NCBI GenBank assembly: GCA_964568275.1
Contig: CAZMRP010000001.1
Location: 8,382-72,381 of the forward strand
Source of the DNA: an uncultured Myxococcales bacterium
Lineage (GTDB): Bacteria; Myxococcota_A; Polyangia; DRWM01; JAAZOP01
Length of the DNA: 64,000 bases
Reading direction: 5' to 3'
Shown: positions 9,828-19,444 of the stretch, piece by piece
How the letters are laid out: every line of letters begins with the position of its first letter
Position numbering within the stretch: position 1 is the first letter of the stretch
Translations under genes and position numbers: made by a program
The notes under the pieces: generated by a model
Database searches by the model: none
What the model saw: only the letters and a program-made list of their open reading frames with translations
What the model was told of the DNA's origin: nothing

Positions 9828-10574
9828 ATGGACAACGACACGGACAACACGACGACGACGAAGGCGGCCGAGGCCGAGCCGCAGGGCGACCCGCCCCAGG
9901 CGGAGGGAGGCAGCCAGACCGACGTCGACGGGCCGATTTTCGACGACCCGGCTCTGGAGGCCGCCTTCGAGGCGATCTGGGACGAGGCTGACGAAGACGA
10001 ACGCCAGGCCATCATGGACGGCTGGGCGGCTGCCCGTCAGTTCAACGAGCGACAGCGATTCCTCGATGCGATCACGAAGGGCAAGCAGGCCCTCGTGCAG
10101 ATCGAGGATGACATCTGCGAGGCGAGCGGCGGCCGCTTCGGTCTCTACGAGTTGATGCACGAGATCGAGGCGACGACCGACCCGGATGCTCTGCGCAAGC
10201 GGCTGATGGTCGTTGTCGACAGCCTCACGGGATCGCGATGTGAGACGATCCTGTCGCTCGTCGCCGCGGCGGACGGCTGCGACGCCAGACGCGCGTGCAT
10301 GGCGAGGACGGTCGCCGACTACTACGAGGACCTGCGGTGGTTGCTGGTTGATCGGCCCGATCCCGACTGGCTGCCACGCTCGGAACCCCTGCGCGACTTG
10401 GGAATCGAAGCCTGCGATCTGCTGGCCAACACGATCACCGCGATCTGGGAGTACCTCCGCGAAATCGAGCGGGCGCTCGGCATCGCACAACCGGCCGCCC
10501 GAACGGCCGAGCTGCGGCGGTGCCCGAGGTGCGGCCGTCGGGTTCGTCCGGGTGCGGAGAGCAAAGCGAAGTAG
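9828..10574 (+). CDS. acidic hypothetical protein
   Basis: ORF track; D/E-rich; no motif. Confidence 0.4.
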   Translation: MDNDTDNTTTTKAAEAEPQGDPPQAEGGSQTDVDGPIFDDPALEAAFEAIWDEADEDERQAIMDGWAAARQFNERQRFLDAITKGKQALVQIEDDICEASGGRFGLYELMHEIEATTDPDALRKRLMVVVDSLTGSRCETILSLVAAADGCDARRACMARTVADYYEDLRWLLVDRPDPDWLPRSEPLRDLGIEACDLLANTITAIWEYLREIERALGIAQPAARTAELRRCPRCGRRVRPGAESKAK

Positions 10575-10602
10575 CAACGCAGCGCAGAGGAGCGCTGCCG
10601 GA

Positions 10603-11007
10603 ATGGGAGAAGAAGACATGAGCCAGAACAAGAAGAACGAGACGCAGGAGAGGCAGGCGAAGCGCATCACGCACGAGCAGGTGGTGCAGCCGTCGACCAC
10701 GAAGCCGGCCGCCACGACGGAGGCGACGACCAGCGAGCAGCCGCTCGGGTTGTTCGAGATCGTCGTCCGCCCCGCCAGCCGCTGCGGCTGCGACGCCGAC
10801 GACGGCTTCGGCGGCGACGACGCCGGATGCGACACGTCGTCGCCGTCGCCGTGCGAAGCCGAGGGGAGGCCGGGCCGAGCGGACTGCCCGGCGGGTTGCA
10901 TCCCCGGGAGCACCACCGACGAGAGCGAGAACGAGGTCTGTCGTTGCGAACTCGAGGTCGAAGTCGACTTCGCGTCGCGACGACTGGAGCAGCCCACCCG
11001 ACGATGA
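10603..11007 (+). CDS. Cys-rich hypothetical protein
   Basis: Internal ATG of ORF 10213..11007; CGCDADDGFGGDDAGCD...C...C. Confidence 0.3.
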   Translation: MGEEDMSQNKKNETQERQAKRITHEQVVQPSTTKPAATTEATTSEQPLGLFEIVVRPASRCGCDADDGFGGDDAGCDTSSPSPCEAEGRPGRADCPAGCIPGSTTDESENEVCRCELEVEVDFASRRLEQPTRR

Positions 11008-11303
11008 AGAGGGTGGCGAGGCAGTAGGAGAACAAGATGACGTGCGGAACCAAGAGATCGTGGCGCGAGGACGTCGCGCACCCCCAGAGAATCGACGGCT
11101 TCCTGGAGCCGGCGGGACAGCCGGATGATCTTCCGTGCGACAGAGTCCTGATGCCCCCGTCGCGCCGTGGCCGAGGGCGGACGGCGGGGCGGTCGAGCGC
11201 CCGGGCCAGCTCGCGATCGGGAGATGATGGCGGCGGAGGAGACGGCGACGGGGACGCCGACTCGACCCTGCCGGCCGAGACGCGCGGCGATCCGTCGCCG
11301 CTG

Positions 11304-11483
11304 ATGACCGTACCGGAGGCCGCGGCGTTGCTGCGCACGACGCCCAAGGGGATCTACGCGATGGTCGAGCGCGGGTTCCTCCGCGGGGCGGTCCGGCGGT
11401 TCGGAAAGCGCATCCTCTTGAAGCGCGAAGCCCTTCTGTCGTCTACTCGGTTTGGGCTTGAGCCGTCGTCGGGGAGGTCCTGA
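11304..11483 (+). CDS. xis: excisionase/AlpA-family HTH
   Basis: MTVPEAAALLRTTPKGIYAMVERGFLRGAVRRFGKRILLK. Its stop sits 3 nt before int. Confidence 0.6.
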   Translation: MTVPEAAALLRTTPKGIYAMVERGFLRGAVRRFGKRILLKREALLSSTRFGLEPSSGRS

Positions 11484-11485
11484 CG

Positions 11486-12643
11486 ATGAGCCTCAAGGTT
11501 CGAAGGTACCGAGGGCAGAGCAAGGTGTTCGAGTACGACATCCGACTGACCCTGGCTGGCGGCGGCGAGTTCCGGGAGCGGAAAAGGATCAAGGTCTGCT
11601 CCTCCGAGTCCGCTGCGAGGCGCTGGGCCGAGGCGCGCTACGCCAAGGTCCTCGCCGACGTCTCCAAGGGCAAGTCGGACGGAAAGGAGGTGCAGGAGAA
11701 GGTCGAAGTTCCGACGTTGGCGAAGTTCGCCCCGCGGTTCATCGAACGCTACGCCGAGGTGAACAACAAGCCCTCGGAGGTCGCCGCCAAGCGGTCGATC
11801 ATCGACAACCACCTGAAGAAGCGCTTCGGCAGGAAGCGGCTCGACGAGATCACGACCGAGCAGGCTGAGCGGATGAAGGCCGATCTGCTCAAGGCCAAGC
11901 GCAGCAAGAAAACGATCAACAACGCGCTCGCCGTCCTGCTCAAGATGCTTCGCGTTGCCGTGGACTGGGAGGTGATTCCACGGGTGCGGGTGAAGACCAA
12001 GCCGTTCAAGGTCCCGCGCCGGAAGCCGAGGTTCTACGAACCCGAGCAACTCGACGCGCTGCTCAAGATCGCGCCGGAGGTTGATCCCCGCCTGCCCTTG
12101 TTCATCCTGCTCGGCGTCGACGCCGGCATGAGGCTCGGGGAGATCCTCGCGCTGGAACAGACGTCGGTCGACTTCAGACGCCACAAGATCGACATCGTGA
12201 AGAGCACCTGGCAGGGGTTCGAAGGCACGACGAAGGGCGAAGATGAGGAATCGCTGAAGATGACGCCGCGGCTGGAGGCCGCGTTGCAGGCGCACCGGCA
12301 CCTGCGGGGCAAGTACGTGCTCTGCAACTCCGACGGGACGCCGCTCGACCGCAACGCGATCAAACGCATGATGGCCTCCGCGCAGCGCCGGGTGGGCCTG
12401 CGCGCGACCGGCGGCGTCCACCTGCTGCGGCACACGTTCTGCTCCCGGCTCGGCGCGCGGGAGAAGAACAACCCCTGGGCGATCATGGAAGCGGCCCGGC
12501 ACAAGGACATCGCGACGACGATGCGGTACGTGCACCAGTTTCGGGGCGCGACCGACTCGGTGATCGACTCGTTGAGCGAGCCCGAACCCTCGCAGACTCG
12601 TGGAGAAATGCTGGAGAAGGTTCCCGGCAGATCGGGAACCTGA
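11486..12643 (+). CDS. int: tyrosine integrase (phage integrase family)
   Basis: LLRHTFCSRLG...ARHKDIATTMRYVH; N-terminal SAM-like core-binding region; RBS GGGGAGG. Confidence 0.85.
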   Translation: MSLKVRRYRGQSKVFEYDIRLTLAGGGEFRERKRIKVCSSESAARRWAEARYAKVLADVSKGKSDGKEVQEKVEVPTLAKFAPRFIERYAEVNNKPSEVAAKRSIIDNHLKKRFGRKRLDEITTEQAERMKADLLKAKRSKKTINNALAVLLKMLRVAVDWEVIPRVRVKTKPFKVPRRKPRFYEPEQLDALLKIAPEVDPRLPLFILLGVDAGMRLGEILALEQTSVDFRRHKIDIVKSTWQGFEGTTKGEDEESLKMTPRLEAALQAHRHLRGKYVLCNSDGTPLDRNAIKRMMASAQRRVGLRATGGVHLLRHTFCSRLGAREKNNPWAIMEAARHKDIATTMRYVHQFRGATDSVIDSLSEPEPSQTRGEMLEKVPGRSGT

Positions 12644-12665
12644 CGTAACTACTGGTGGATCGGAG

Positions 12666-12707
12666 AGCGGGAGACGGGATTTGAACCCGCGACGTCCACC
12701 TTGGCAA
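12666..12707 (-). other. tRNA-Gly(GCC) 3'-terminal fragment (anticodon loop through acceptor 3' strand), the att core; not a complete tRNA
   Basis: Minus-strand read TTGCCAAGGTGGACGTCGCGGGTTCAAATCCCGTCTCCCGCT, nearly identical to the 3' two-thirds of tRNA-Gly(GCC). Further 5', no D-arm or acceptor pairing. Confidence 0.6.
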
Positions 12708-12750
12708 TACTCCCATACCCGTCGGAACCATTGACGTATTCTAGCCGTTC

Positions 12751-12800
12751 CGCAGACTTGCTGCAACAGGCCGTCACAGGCTGTCACAGGCTGCAACAGC
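12751..12800. repeat. tandem 10-bp direct repeats CTGCAACAGG / CCGTCACAGG / CTGTCACAGG / CTGCAACAGC beside the att core
   Basis: Seen directly. Confidence 0.5.
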
Positions 12801-12857
12801 TTGGGAGTCCGAAATGGAGTCCGTGATGTGGACGGCGGAGTCCGGTTCCAGGCGACC

Positions 12858-13619
12858 TCACGCACGGCAGATCACCCCCACATCGATGAGCGCCTCCAGA
12901 TGGTCTCGAAGGGTCCGTGGAACCGGTCCGCCAGGAATCGCCACCCCGGCTTCCATGTTCTTCTCCAACGCGTAGCCCGTAAGGTTCGCGCTGGTGATGA
13001 AGGCGCGTGCCCCGTCCACCACCGCCACCTTCGCATGGACCTTGCCATCGACGAACGGCTCCGGCTTTTCCTTCCACGTGTAGATCTCGGCAGAGGGGAC
13101 GCAACCACGCATCGTCGCAGCAGGGTCGACGCTGAGGCTGCCTCCGTGACTCGTCGAGGCTTCTAGCAGTACGCGGATGCGGACGCCGCGCGCGTTCGCC
13201 TCGTTCATCGCCTTCACGACGCTGGGCACGTCGTAGGCGACGAAGCTGACGAGAAAGAGATCCTTGTCAGCACTACGAATCATGTCGATTAGAACCTGCT
13301 CGGTGCGACGTGTCGCAACGAACCGTGTCGTCGGACCCGTCCAGACCAGCTCAACGTTGAGCTCTTCCTCCGTTCGCCTACGCGCCGCGGACGCCCCGAG
13401 AAGCATGCCGGCGACCTCGACTCCGCTGGCGGGCGTACTCGCCCATGCATCCAGGAGACGGACCACAGAAGCGCGGGCGGCCGGGGTTCCTACCAGCGAT
13501 TCGGCGCCCGGTGCGTCGGAGGGACTCGAGATGCCCCGCAACGCTCCGGCGACAGCCCCCACCTTCGTCGGCGATACCAACGCGACGAGATCCACGATGG
13601 CGTCGAGGAGAGCCTGCAT
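12858..13619 (-). CDS. drmC: PLD-family (HxK x4 D) nuclease, DISARM DrmC-like
   Basis: VHAKVAVVDG...ITSANLT; start ATG overlaps drmB stop (TGATG). Confidence 0.65.
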   Translation of the reverse strand: MQALLDAIVDLVALVSPTKVGAVAGALRGISSPSDAPGAESLVGTPAARASVVRLLDAWASTPASGVEVAGMLLGASAARRRTEEELNVELVWTGPTTRFVATRRTEQVLIDMIRSADKDLFLVSFVAYDVPSVVKAMNEANARGVRIRVLLEASTSHGGSLSVDPAATMRGCVPSAEIYTWKEKPEPFVDGKVHAKVAVVDGARAFITSANLTGYALEKNMEAGVAIPGGPVPRTLRDHLEALIDVGVICRA

Positions 13620-15457
13620 CAGATCGCCCCGAAGAACGCGGCGTCGGTCACTTGGAGCGTCGGGATGACGAGGGCTCGGTCGAGATACCGGTTGCCACAC
13701 TCGCACGATGTCTCGGAGACGAACGAGCACGCGTGGCACGAGGCGGCGTGGAGCGACTGGTCCTTCCGAGGGTCGTGCTCGGCGCACAAGGGATCCGAGG
13801 CGCACACCTTCGCACGATCGAGCGCCTGCCTGAGCAGTCGCCCCAAGTTCTCGGGTTTGCCCAGCTCGACGAGCCCGCCGAGCGTTCCGTCCGAGTCGGC
13901 GGCAGCCGTGTAGATCAGGATGCCCGCCTGCGACTTGCCGCCTTCGGTATCGGCGTAGACGCGCTCACGGATGCTCGCCGCGTTGTAGCCGCAGTCGAGC
14001 GCCAGCTCGCGGATGAGCAGATGGGCAATCGTGTGCAGCAGCGCGAAGCGGACACCGGGGAACCCGGGGTCCGGCTCGAGGCCACGTCGAGCACGCCAGC
14101 CACGGTGGCCTCGGCGCAGGATAGACCCCTGCGCCCGGGAACCGGTGCCGGCCTCCCACTTCGCGAGTGCGTCCTCGCAGAATCGCAGGAAGATCCCCTC
14201 GCCATGGACCTGCGTCGCGGGCACCCAGGTCGGAGCACCTCTGCCGATCGGCGCGCGCGGTGCGCGGTCCTCGCCACCTTCCGTCGGTGATTCCACCCGA
14301 GTGAAGCCGAGAAGCGCGTTCACCTCTCTCAGCCGCTCCAAGAGCAACACCCTGGCGATGTACGGCTCGAAACCGGTGGGGACGTCCACCTCCTTGCTCA
14401 TGAAGAACGGGTAGTCGGTCGGCGGCGTCGGCGCCGTCAGCACATCCCATTCTGGACCCTTCAGGTCGAATCCCTGGTCGTCACTGGTGCCGCTCCGATG
14501 CTCCTCGATCGCCGCCCAGACCTGGGCGCCGTCGAACGCTTCGATGCCAGGTAGCTGTGCGGACTTCTTGAGCGTCTTCACGACGGCCGCCGCCTCCACC
14601 TCGCTCTCGACGTCTTCGAAGAAGGTCCAACCGTCGGCGACGACCTGGGCGAGCGGGCTCCCGGTCTGCGGAATCGCCAGCACCGAGAGCGTCAGAGGGA
14701 ACCAACCGTTCGTAGCGCCGAGCAGAATCGCTCTGGGCACCTCGGTGCAGCCATCCTCGAATCGATCGAGGTGCGGGTGCCGCCCGCGGCACCCCGGCAG
14801 GTTGTCCTTGCCCACCTGGCCGAACGCCTGCGCCATGCTCTTGGCCGCGCCACAGGAGTCGCACCGGACCCACAGGTTCTCGGTCTGGAGCGAAGCGCCG
14901 CTCTCGAAGAACCTGAGCGTGCCCTTGCACCCGCTCGCGCCGCCATGGACGAACCAGTGCCATGGGAAGTCGTCGAGGTGTCCAGCTCGGCAGGCGAGCA
15001 AGAAACGCGCGGGAACGGCATCGGCGTCTCGTGGCGGCAGATCCCCCCGCGAACCACGACATCCCTTGTGGACGAATCTCGTGAACTCGGGCCGGAACCG
15101 GTTCGCCTTGAGTTCGAAGAGGCCGGCATCGAACGGCGACAGCAGACCGCACTTCACGCAGCGCATCCAGCGCGGGAACGGCTTCACGGGAACGCCGATG
15201 TATGCCTCCGCAGAGAACGGATCGACGTCGTCCGCGTCCGTCATCGGCGGCATGCGCAAGGATTCGACCTGGTCGCCGAGCGCCCTCCGCACGTTGGCGA
15301 GCAGCCGGGCCTCCTGGATGGGCTGGCACCGATTGCGCTCCCAACGGTCGATGCCCATCGTCACGACGGAGAGGTTCGGCAGGTCGACGAGCGAACCGGG
15401 ACCATAGGTCCACAGGAGCTGGCTGGGCCTGACGTCGCCTACGGGGGTCTTGCTCAT
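13619..15457 (-). CDS. drmB: DUF1998-domain protein, DISARM DrmB-like
   Basis: N-terminal RPSQLLWTYGPGSLVDLP; C-terminal Cys cluster CHACSFVSETSCECGN; 4-nt overlap with drmA. Confidence 0.65.
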   Translation of the reverse strand: MSKTPVGDVRPSQLLWTYGPGSLVDLPNLSVVTMGIDRWERNRCQPIQEARLLANVRRALGDQVESLRMPPMTDADDVDPFSAEAYIGVPVKPFPRWMRCVKCGLLSPFDAGLFELKANRFRPEFTRFVHKGCRGSRGDLPPRDADAVPARFLLACRAGHLDDFPWHWFVHGGASGCKGTLRFFESGASLQTENLWVRCDSCGAAKSMAQAFGQVGKDNLPGCRGRHPHLDRFEDGCTEVPRAILLGATNGWFPLTLSVLAIPQTGSPLAQVVADGWTFFEDVESEVEAAAVVKTLKKSAQLPGIEAFDGAQVWAAIEEHRSGTSDDQGFDLKGPEWDVLTAPTPPTDYPFFMSKEVDVPTGFEPYIARVLLLERLREVNALLGFTRVESPTEGGEDRAPRAPIGRGAPTWVPATQVHGEGIFLRFCEDALAKWEAGTGSRAQGSILRRGHRGWRARRGLEPDPGFPGVRFALLHTIAHLLIRELALDCGYNAASIRERVYADTEGGKSQAGILIYTAAADSDGTLGGLVELGKPENLGRLLRQALDRAKVCASDPLCAEHDPRKDQSLHAASCHACSFVSETSCECGNRYLDRALVIPTLQVTDAAFFGAI

Positions 15458-18400
15458 GGCGCCTCCTCATCGGTCGTCGGGCGGGGCTGCCAGGCAGGGT
15501 CCGTGAGCGAGCGGTCGTCCTCCATGACGAGACGCACGGCGGGCTCGACCTCGCGCATCGAAGTGGGCACGGTCCAGGTCGACCACGGCCGGATCCCCGG
15601 CGATTCGAGCAGGGGGTATGCCGTGGGACCGGCTCGGTACTTCTGATACACGAGGGTGCGCCCTCCGACTCCAGCTTCCTGGGCCCAGGCATCGGCGCGA
15701 CTCTTCAGCTCCGCTTCCGCCAGGGTCTTCTTCACCGAGTCCTCGGTCACGTCCCATCCGCGCGCGCCGAGCGCCTGTATCGTCGAGATCATCTCCGGCC
15801 GGCTCGGGCTGGTCATCGCGCCGGCCCCCGCGTTCGGGGAGAACGGCTCGAAGCGATTGCGCATCAGCGAGAGCATGGTGCCCGTCAGTCCGCGGTCCAT
15901 CGCTCGGGGAGAGAAGGGCGTGACCGATTGGGCCTCGACGTGCTGGTAGAACGTCGCGTGGTAGTGCTCGTACGTCTCGTAGTGGGAGAGGTCGCGCGGC
16001 CGAGCCCATGTCAACACCGACACGACGAGCCCCGGAAACGCACGACCGACTCGACTCGTCGCTTGGATGTACTCGGCGGTCCCCTTGGGCTGGCCGTTGA
16101 CGACCATGACTCCCAGGCGGTTCACGTCGACGCCGACCGACAGCATGTTGGTCGCGAGTACGACATCGATGGGGCGCGGATCGTTCTCACCGCGCCGGAA
16201 CACCCACCTCTGCTCGGCGATGTCGTACACGCCGTCGAAACGGACCTCGAGCTGATCCAGGTACTTGGGGATGTCGGAGTTCGAGACGCGAGAGGTGAGC
16301 TCCACGACGCTGCCGACTCGCCTCTGAGCCAGTCCCGGCCTCTCGACCAGGCTCATCCTCACTCGGAACGAGCGGGTCTGCACATCGTCCTCGGCCAGTC
16401 GCTTCATCCCTCCCAGCTCACGGAGCGAGTTGAAGTACCCGACGAGGGTCATGTACGGGTCGGCGACCGGACCGAAGCTGTCGAACAAGGCCTGCGCCGC
16501 CGTGAGGATCGCGGTGTAGGTCCGGATCAGCACAGCGGGTCGCGAACTGCCAGGTGCGCAGACTCCCACGTAGCATCGGCCGGGCTTGCTCGCGATGGGG
16601 CGCTGCAGCGAGAAGAAGTCGTCCTCGACGTCGAGCGCCTTCGGCGGGAAGAGCGCGAGCCTCCGCATGAAGACGTTCCGCACCTGGTCACCTGCGCGTC
16701 GGGCGGTCGCGGTCGAGGCCACGACCTTGGGACGAACCTTCGTCTCCCCGAAGTCCCAACTGCAGAGGTCGTCGACGGCACTCTCGTATAGACCGACCAT
16801 CGTCCCCAGGGGGCCGCTGATGAGGTGGAACTCGTCCTGGATGATCAGGTCCGGCGGACGCACCGCGCGCACGGGAGTCACCTTCGCCGCCGGATGCGGC
16901 TTTCGCGCCCGGTGACCGGTCCCGCAGTCGTGCCCGGGCCAGAGCAGTCCATGCCGGTCGCACTCCTCTCTCGCTCGGCCGAAGAGCGTGCGGACTTCCG
17001 GTCGCCATGCCATCATCGCGAACTTGTCGACGGTCGCGATCATCATGCTCGGAGGTCGGTAGTAGATCTCCTCGTCCACGACCTCGACGGGAATGCCCGG
17101 ATGGCGACGGTCGGCCGAACGAGCCTTCGAGAACGGACACCGACTCAGCTTGTCTCCGCAGCAGATCGACGTTCTGCAGACGGTCTTGTCCACTTCGATG
17201 TCGCGCCCCGGAGAGATTTCGGCACCGCACCAGGGGCAGCTCGTGAGCTGGGCCGGCGACGCGATCCCGGAGCGATTGCGATCCTTGTCGCGGATCGCCT
17301 CGATCGCCTGGTGAGATTGTTCGGTGGTGCCCGGGGTCACGCGATTGCCGACCCAGAGGCCCAGCGTGAAAGGCTCTCTGCCCCAGGCGGCCTCCTCCTC
17401 CCAGCGGATCGTCTCCATGGCGCAGATCAGGGTCGCCGCCCTCTGGAACTGCTGCAGGGTGAGGAGGCGCAGCGTGTAGCGCATGATCACTGCGAGGCCA
17501 CGCGTGCCATCCAGCTCGGCCACGACGCCCTGGAGGCGTCGGATCCCCATCGCGAAGGCGGCCACCCCGAGATAGGCCTCCGTCTTGCCGCCGCCTGTCG
17601 GGAACCAGAGCAGGTCCGCGAATGCCTCGGCCGGACTGGTCCGGTCCGCGTGCCTCGGATCGGTCAGGGAGGGTATCGAGAGCAGGAGGAACGCCAGCTG
17701 GAACGGCCGCCACGACCGATTCCCGGGAACGTCGAGGTCGTCCAACTCGACAGCTTCTCTTCGCCTTCGCTTCAGGGCGAAGATCGAGTGGATGCGCTGC
17801 AGCGCCATGGCCCGGTTGGTGAACCGGAAGGCGGCCAGCGCGTTGGGATCCGCGAGGAGGACTTCCATTCCCGCCCGGAGACGCTTCAGGGTCGTATCGC
17901 AGCGATCCAGTGCAGCATTCGCCGGCTCGTCGTATTCCACGACATCGGCGCCGACCCGTGCCCGCTGCTCCCCGATCCACGACTCGTAGTCGTCGACGAG
18001 CGTCGAGAGCGCCCGACGGAGGTCGGCAGGTTCCATCTCGGCGAGCGACGACATGTCGAGCCAGCCGCGTTCGACCATCTCGCGCATCGCCGGGCGGTCG
18101 GCCGGGTCGAGCCCTGGAGTCTCCGTGACCGGAACCTCCAGCCGGGGAATGACCACGGTTCGGACCTCCACCGCTCGCGTCGGATCGTCCGGTGCCGTCT
18201 CCGCGTGGACGGCGACCCCGTGCCCGACAGCGAATTCGACACGTCGACGGTAGATGAGGCCGAGGTGGTCCCGCTCGGGATCGTCGACGACGACGTCGTT
18301 GCTAGGTCGCCGCCTGAAGATAGCCGGAGCCTCGTGGTGCCGGCTACGCACGATGATCTCCGGTTGGAACAGCCAGGCCCTGTCCTTGTTCGTTTCGGGC

Positions 18401-19428
18401 TCGAGCCGACCGTTGACGAGGAACAGCGTCACGAGGCGTTCGCCGTTCGCATTCGTGCGGACCGTGCCCTGCATCCGCACTTCTTCCTCGCGGGGATCGG
18501 GAACGAGCGGGCGAACCGGGCCATCGGTCATCGGCAGTGGCGACGTGCCACCACAGGGCACCCGCCGCCACACCTTGACCTTCGCTTCTTCCTGCTCGCC
18601 CGTCTTCCGGTTCTTCCGAGGCTTCGTGTACTCGTGTTCGTCGTTCGGGACCCGCTCGTACCGGCCCCATCGGGCCGTCACTTCGATTTCATCGACATCG
18701 GGAGCGACGCAGAACGTGAGCCCCATGCTCGAAGGGATCAGGGACTGGTTGTTCGAGGTGTCGATCTCGTCGAGGGCATCGTCTTCGGGTTCCACCCGTC
18801 CGCTGGCCCGATTGAATTCCGCGCCGGGCTCGTGGAGCGGAGCCGGGCTCTCGTCTTCGAGAGACACCTCCGTCGCGTCCGCGGCTGCGGCGGGCTCCAC
18901 CTCTACCGTGTCCTCATCGCCCGGACGCCTCGGCGCCAGCTTGCCGACGAGGTACCGGTCGCGAACGCTCATGTCGATGACGAGCTCCTCCGGCCCGTTC
19001 GCCGGGCCGAGCAGGTCGTCCCGTGTCGCGAACTCGAGCAACTCGCGCACGTAAACGGCGTCCTGAATCAGGGGCACGTCCTCCGATGTCGAGACCCCGT
19101 CGCGGGCGAGGACACTCGCGAGGTCCTCGGGGCGCAGCCGCGCGATCGGTCCAGAGGGTGGCGCGAGCCCGACGTCGGCGAGGGAGCCCGCTTTCGCCAC
19201 GGTGTGGAGCTTGTCGAAGTAGAGCGTGGTCCCTTCGAGGTCGACCCGGATCCGGAGGATGCGCCCTACGCGATTCAGCGCCCCGGTCCCATCGACCACG
19301 ACCACCCAGCCGCCAGGGCCCACCGCGCTGCCGAGGCGATCACCGTCGAGCCGAACGACGAACGGGCCGAGCGACGTCTCCTCCTTGACACGCCATGCCT
19401 GTGCGTTCGGTGCGGTGGTCGTCTCCAT
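15454..19428 (-). CDS. drmA: large SF2 helicase, DISARM DrmA-like
   Basis: Motif I PTGGGKTEAY, motif II IIQDEFHLISG, motif VI QATSRVGR; 1324 aa. Confidence 0.7.
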   Translation of the reverse strand: METTTAPNAQAWRVKEETSLGPFVVRLDGDRLGSAVGPGGWVVVVDGTGALNRVGRILRIRVDLEGTTLYFDKLHTVAKAGSLADVGLAPPSGPIARLRPEDLASVLARDGVSTSEDVPLIQDAVYVRELLEFATRDDLLGPANGPEELVIDMSVRDRYLVGKLAPRRPGDEDTVEVEPAAAADATEVSLEDESPAPLHEPGAEFNRASGRVEPEDDALDEIDTSNNQSLIPSSMGLTFCVAPDVDEIEVTARWGRYERVPNDEHEYTKPRKNRKTGEQEEAKVKVWRRVPCGGTSPLPMTDGPVRPLVPDPREEEVRMQGTVRTNANGERLVTLFLVNGRLEPETNKDRAWLFQPEIIVRSRHHEAPAIFRRRPSNDVVVDDPERDHLGLIYRRRVEFAVGHGVAVHAETAPDDPTRAVEVRTVVIPRLEVPVTETPGLDPADRPAMREMVERGWLDMSSLAEMEPADLRRALSTLVDDYESWIGEQRARVGADVVEYDEPANAALDRCDTTLKRLRAGMEVLLADPNALAAFRFTNRAMALQRIHSIFALKRRRREAVELDDLDVPGNRSWRPFQLAFLLLSIPSLTDPRHADRTSPAEAFADLLWFPTGGGKTEAYLGVAAFAMGIRRLQGVVAELDGTRGLAVIMRYTLRLLTLQQFQRAATLICAMETIRWEEEAAWGREPFTLGLWVGNRVTPGTTEQSHQAIEAIRDKDRNRSGIASPAQLTSCPWCGAEISPGRDIEVDKTVCRTSICCGDKLSRCPFSKARSADRRHPGIPVEVVDEEIYYRPPSMMIATVDKFAMMAWRPEVRTLFGRAREECDRHGLLWPGHDCGTGHRARKPHPAAKVTPVRAVRPPDLIIQDEFHLISGPLGTMVGLYESAVDDLCSWDFGETKVRPKVVASTATARRAGDQVRNVFMRRLALFPPKALDVEDDFFSLQRPIASKPGRCYVGVCAPGSSRPAVLIRTYTAILTAAQALFDSFGPVADPYMTLVGYFNSLRELGGMKRLAEDDVQTRSFRVRMSLVERPGLAQRRVGSVVELTSRVSNSDIPKYLDQLEVRFDGVYDIAEQRWVFRRGENDPRPIDVVLATNMLSVGVDVNRLGVMVVNGQPKGTAEYIQATSRVGRAFPGLVVSVLTWARPRDLSHYETYEHYHATFYQHVEAQSVTPFSPRAMDRGLTGTMLSLMRNRFEPFSPNAGAGAMTSPSRPEMISTIQALGARGWDVTEDSVKKTLAEAELKSRADAWAQEAGVGGRTLVYQKYRAGPTAYPLLESPGIRPWSTWTVPTSMREVEPAVRLVMEDDRSLTDPAWQPRPTTDEEAP

Positions 19429-19444
19429 GCATTTGCTCCTCTCG

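Noticed and set aside
12653-12740. Possible complete tRNA gene at the integrase junction
   Set aside because: Only the segment from the anticodon loop to the acceptor 3' strand matches tRNA-Gly(GCC). The region 5' of it (minus-strand read GGTTCCGACGGGTATGGGAGTA) has no D-arm or pairing acceptor strand. Called an att-core fragment instead.
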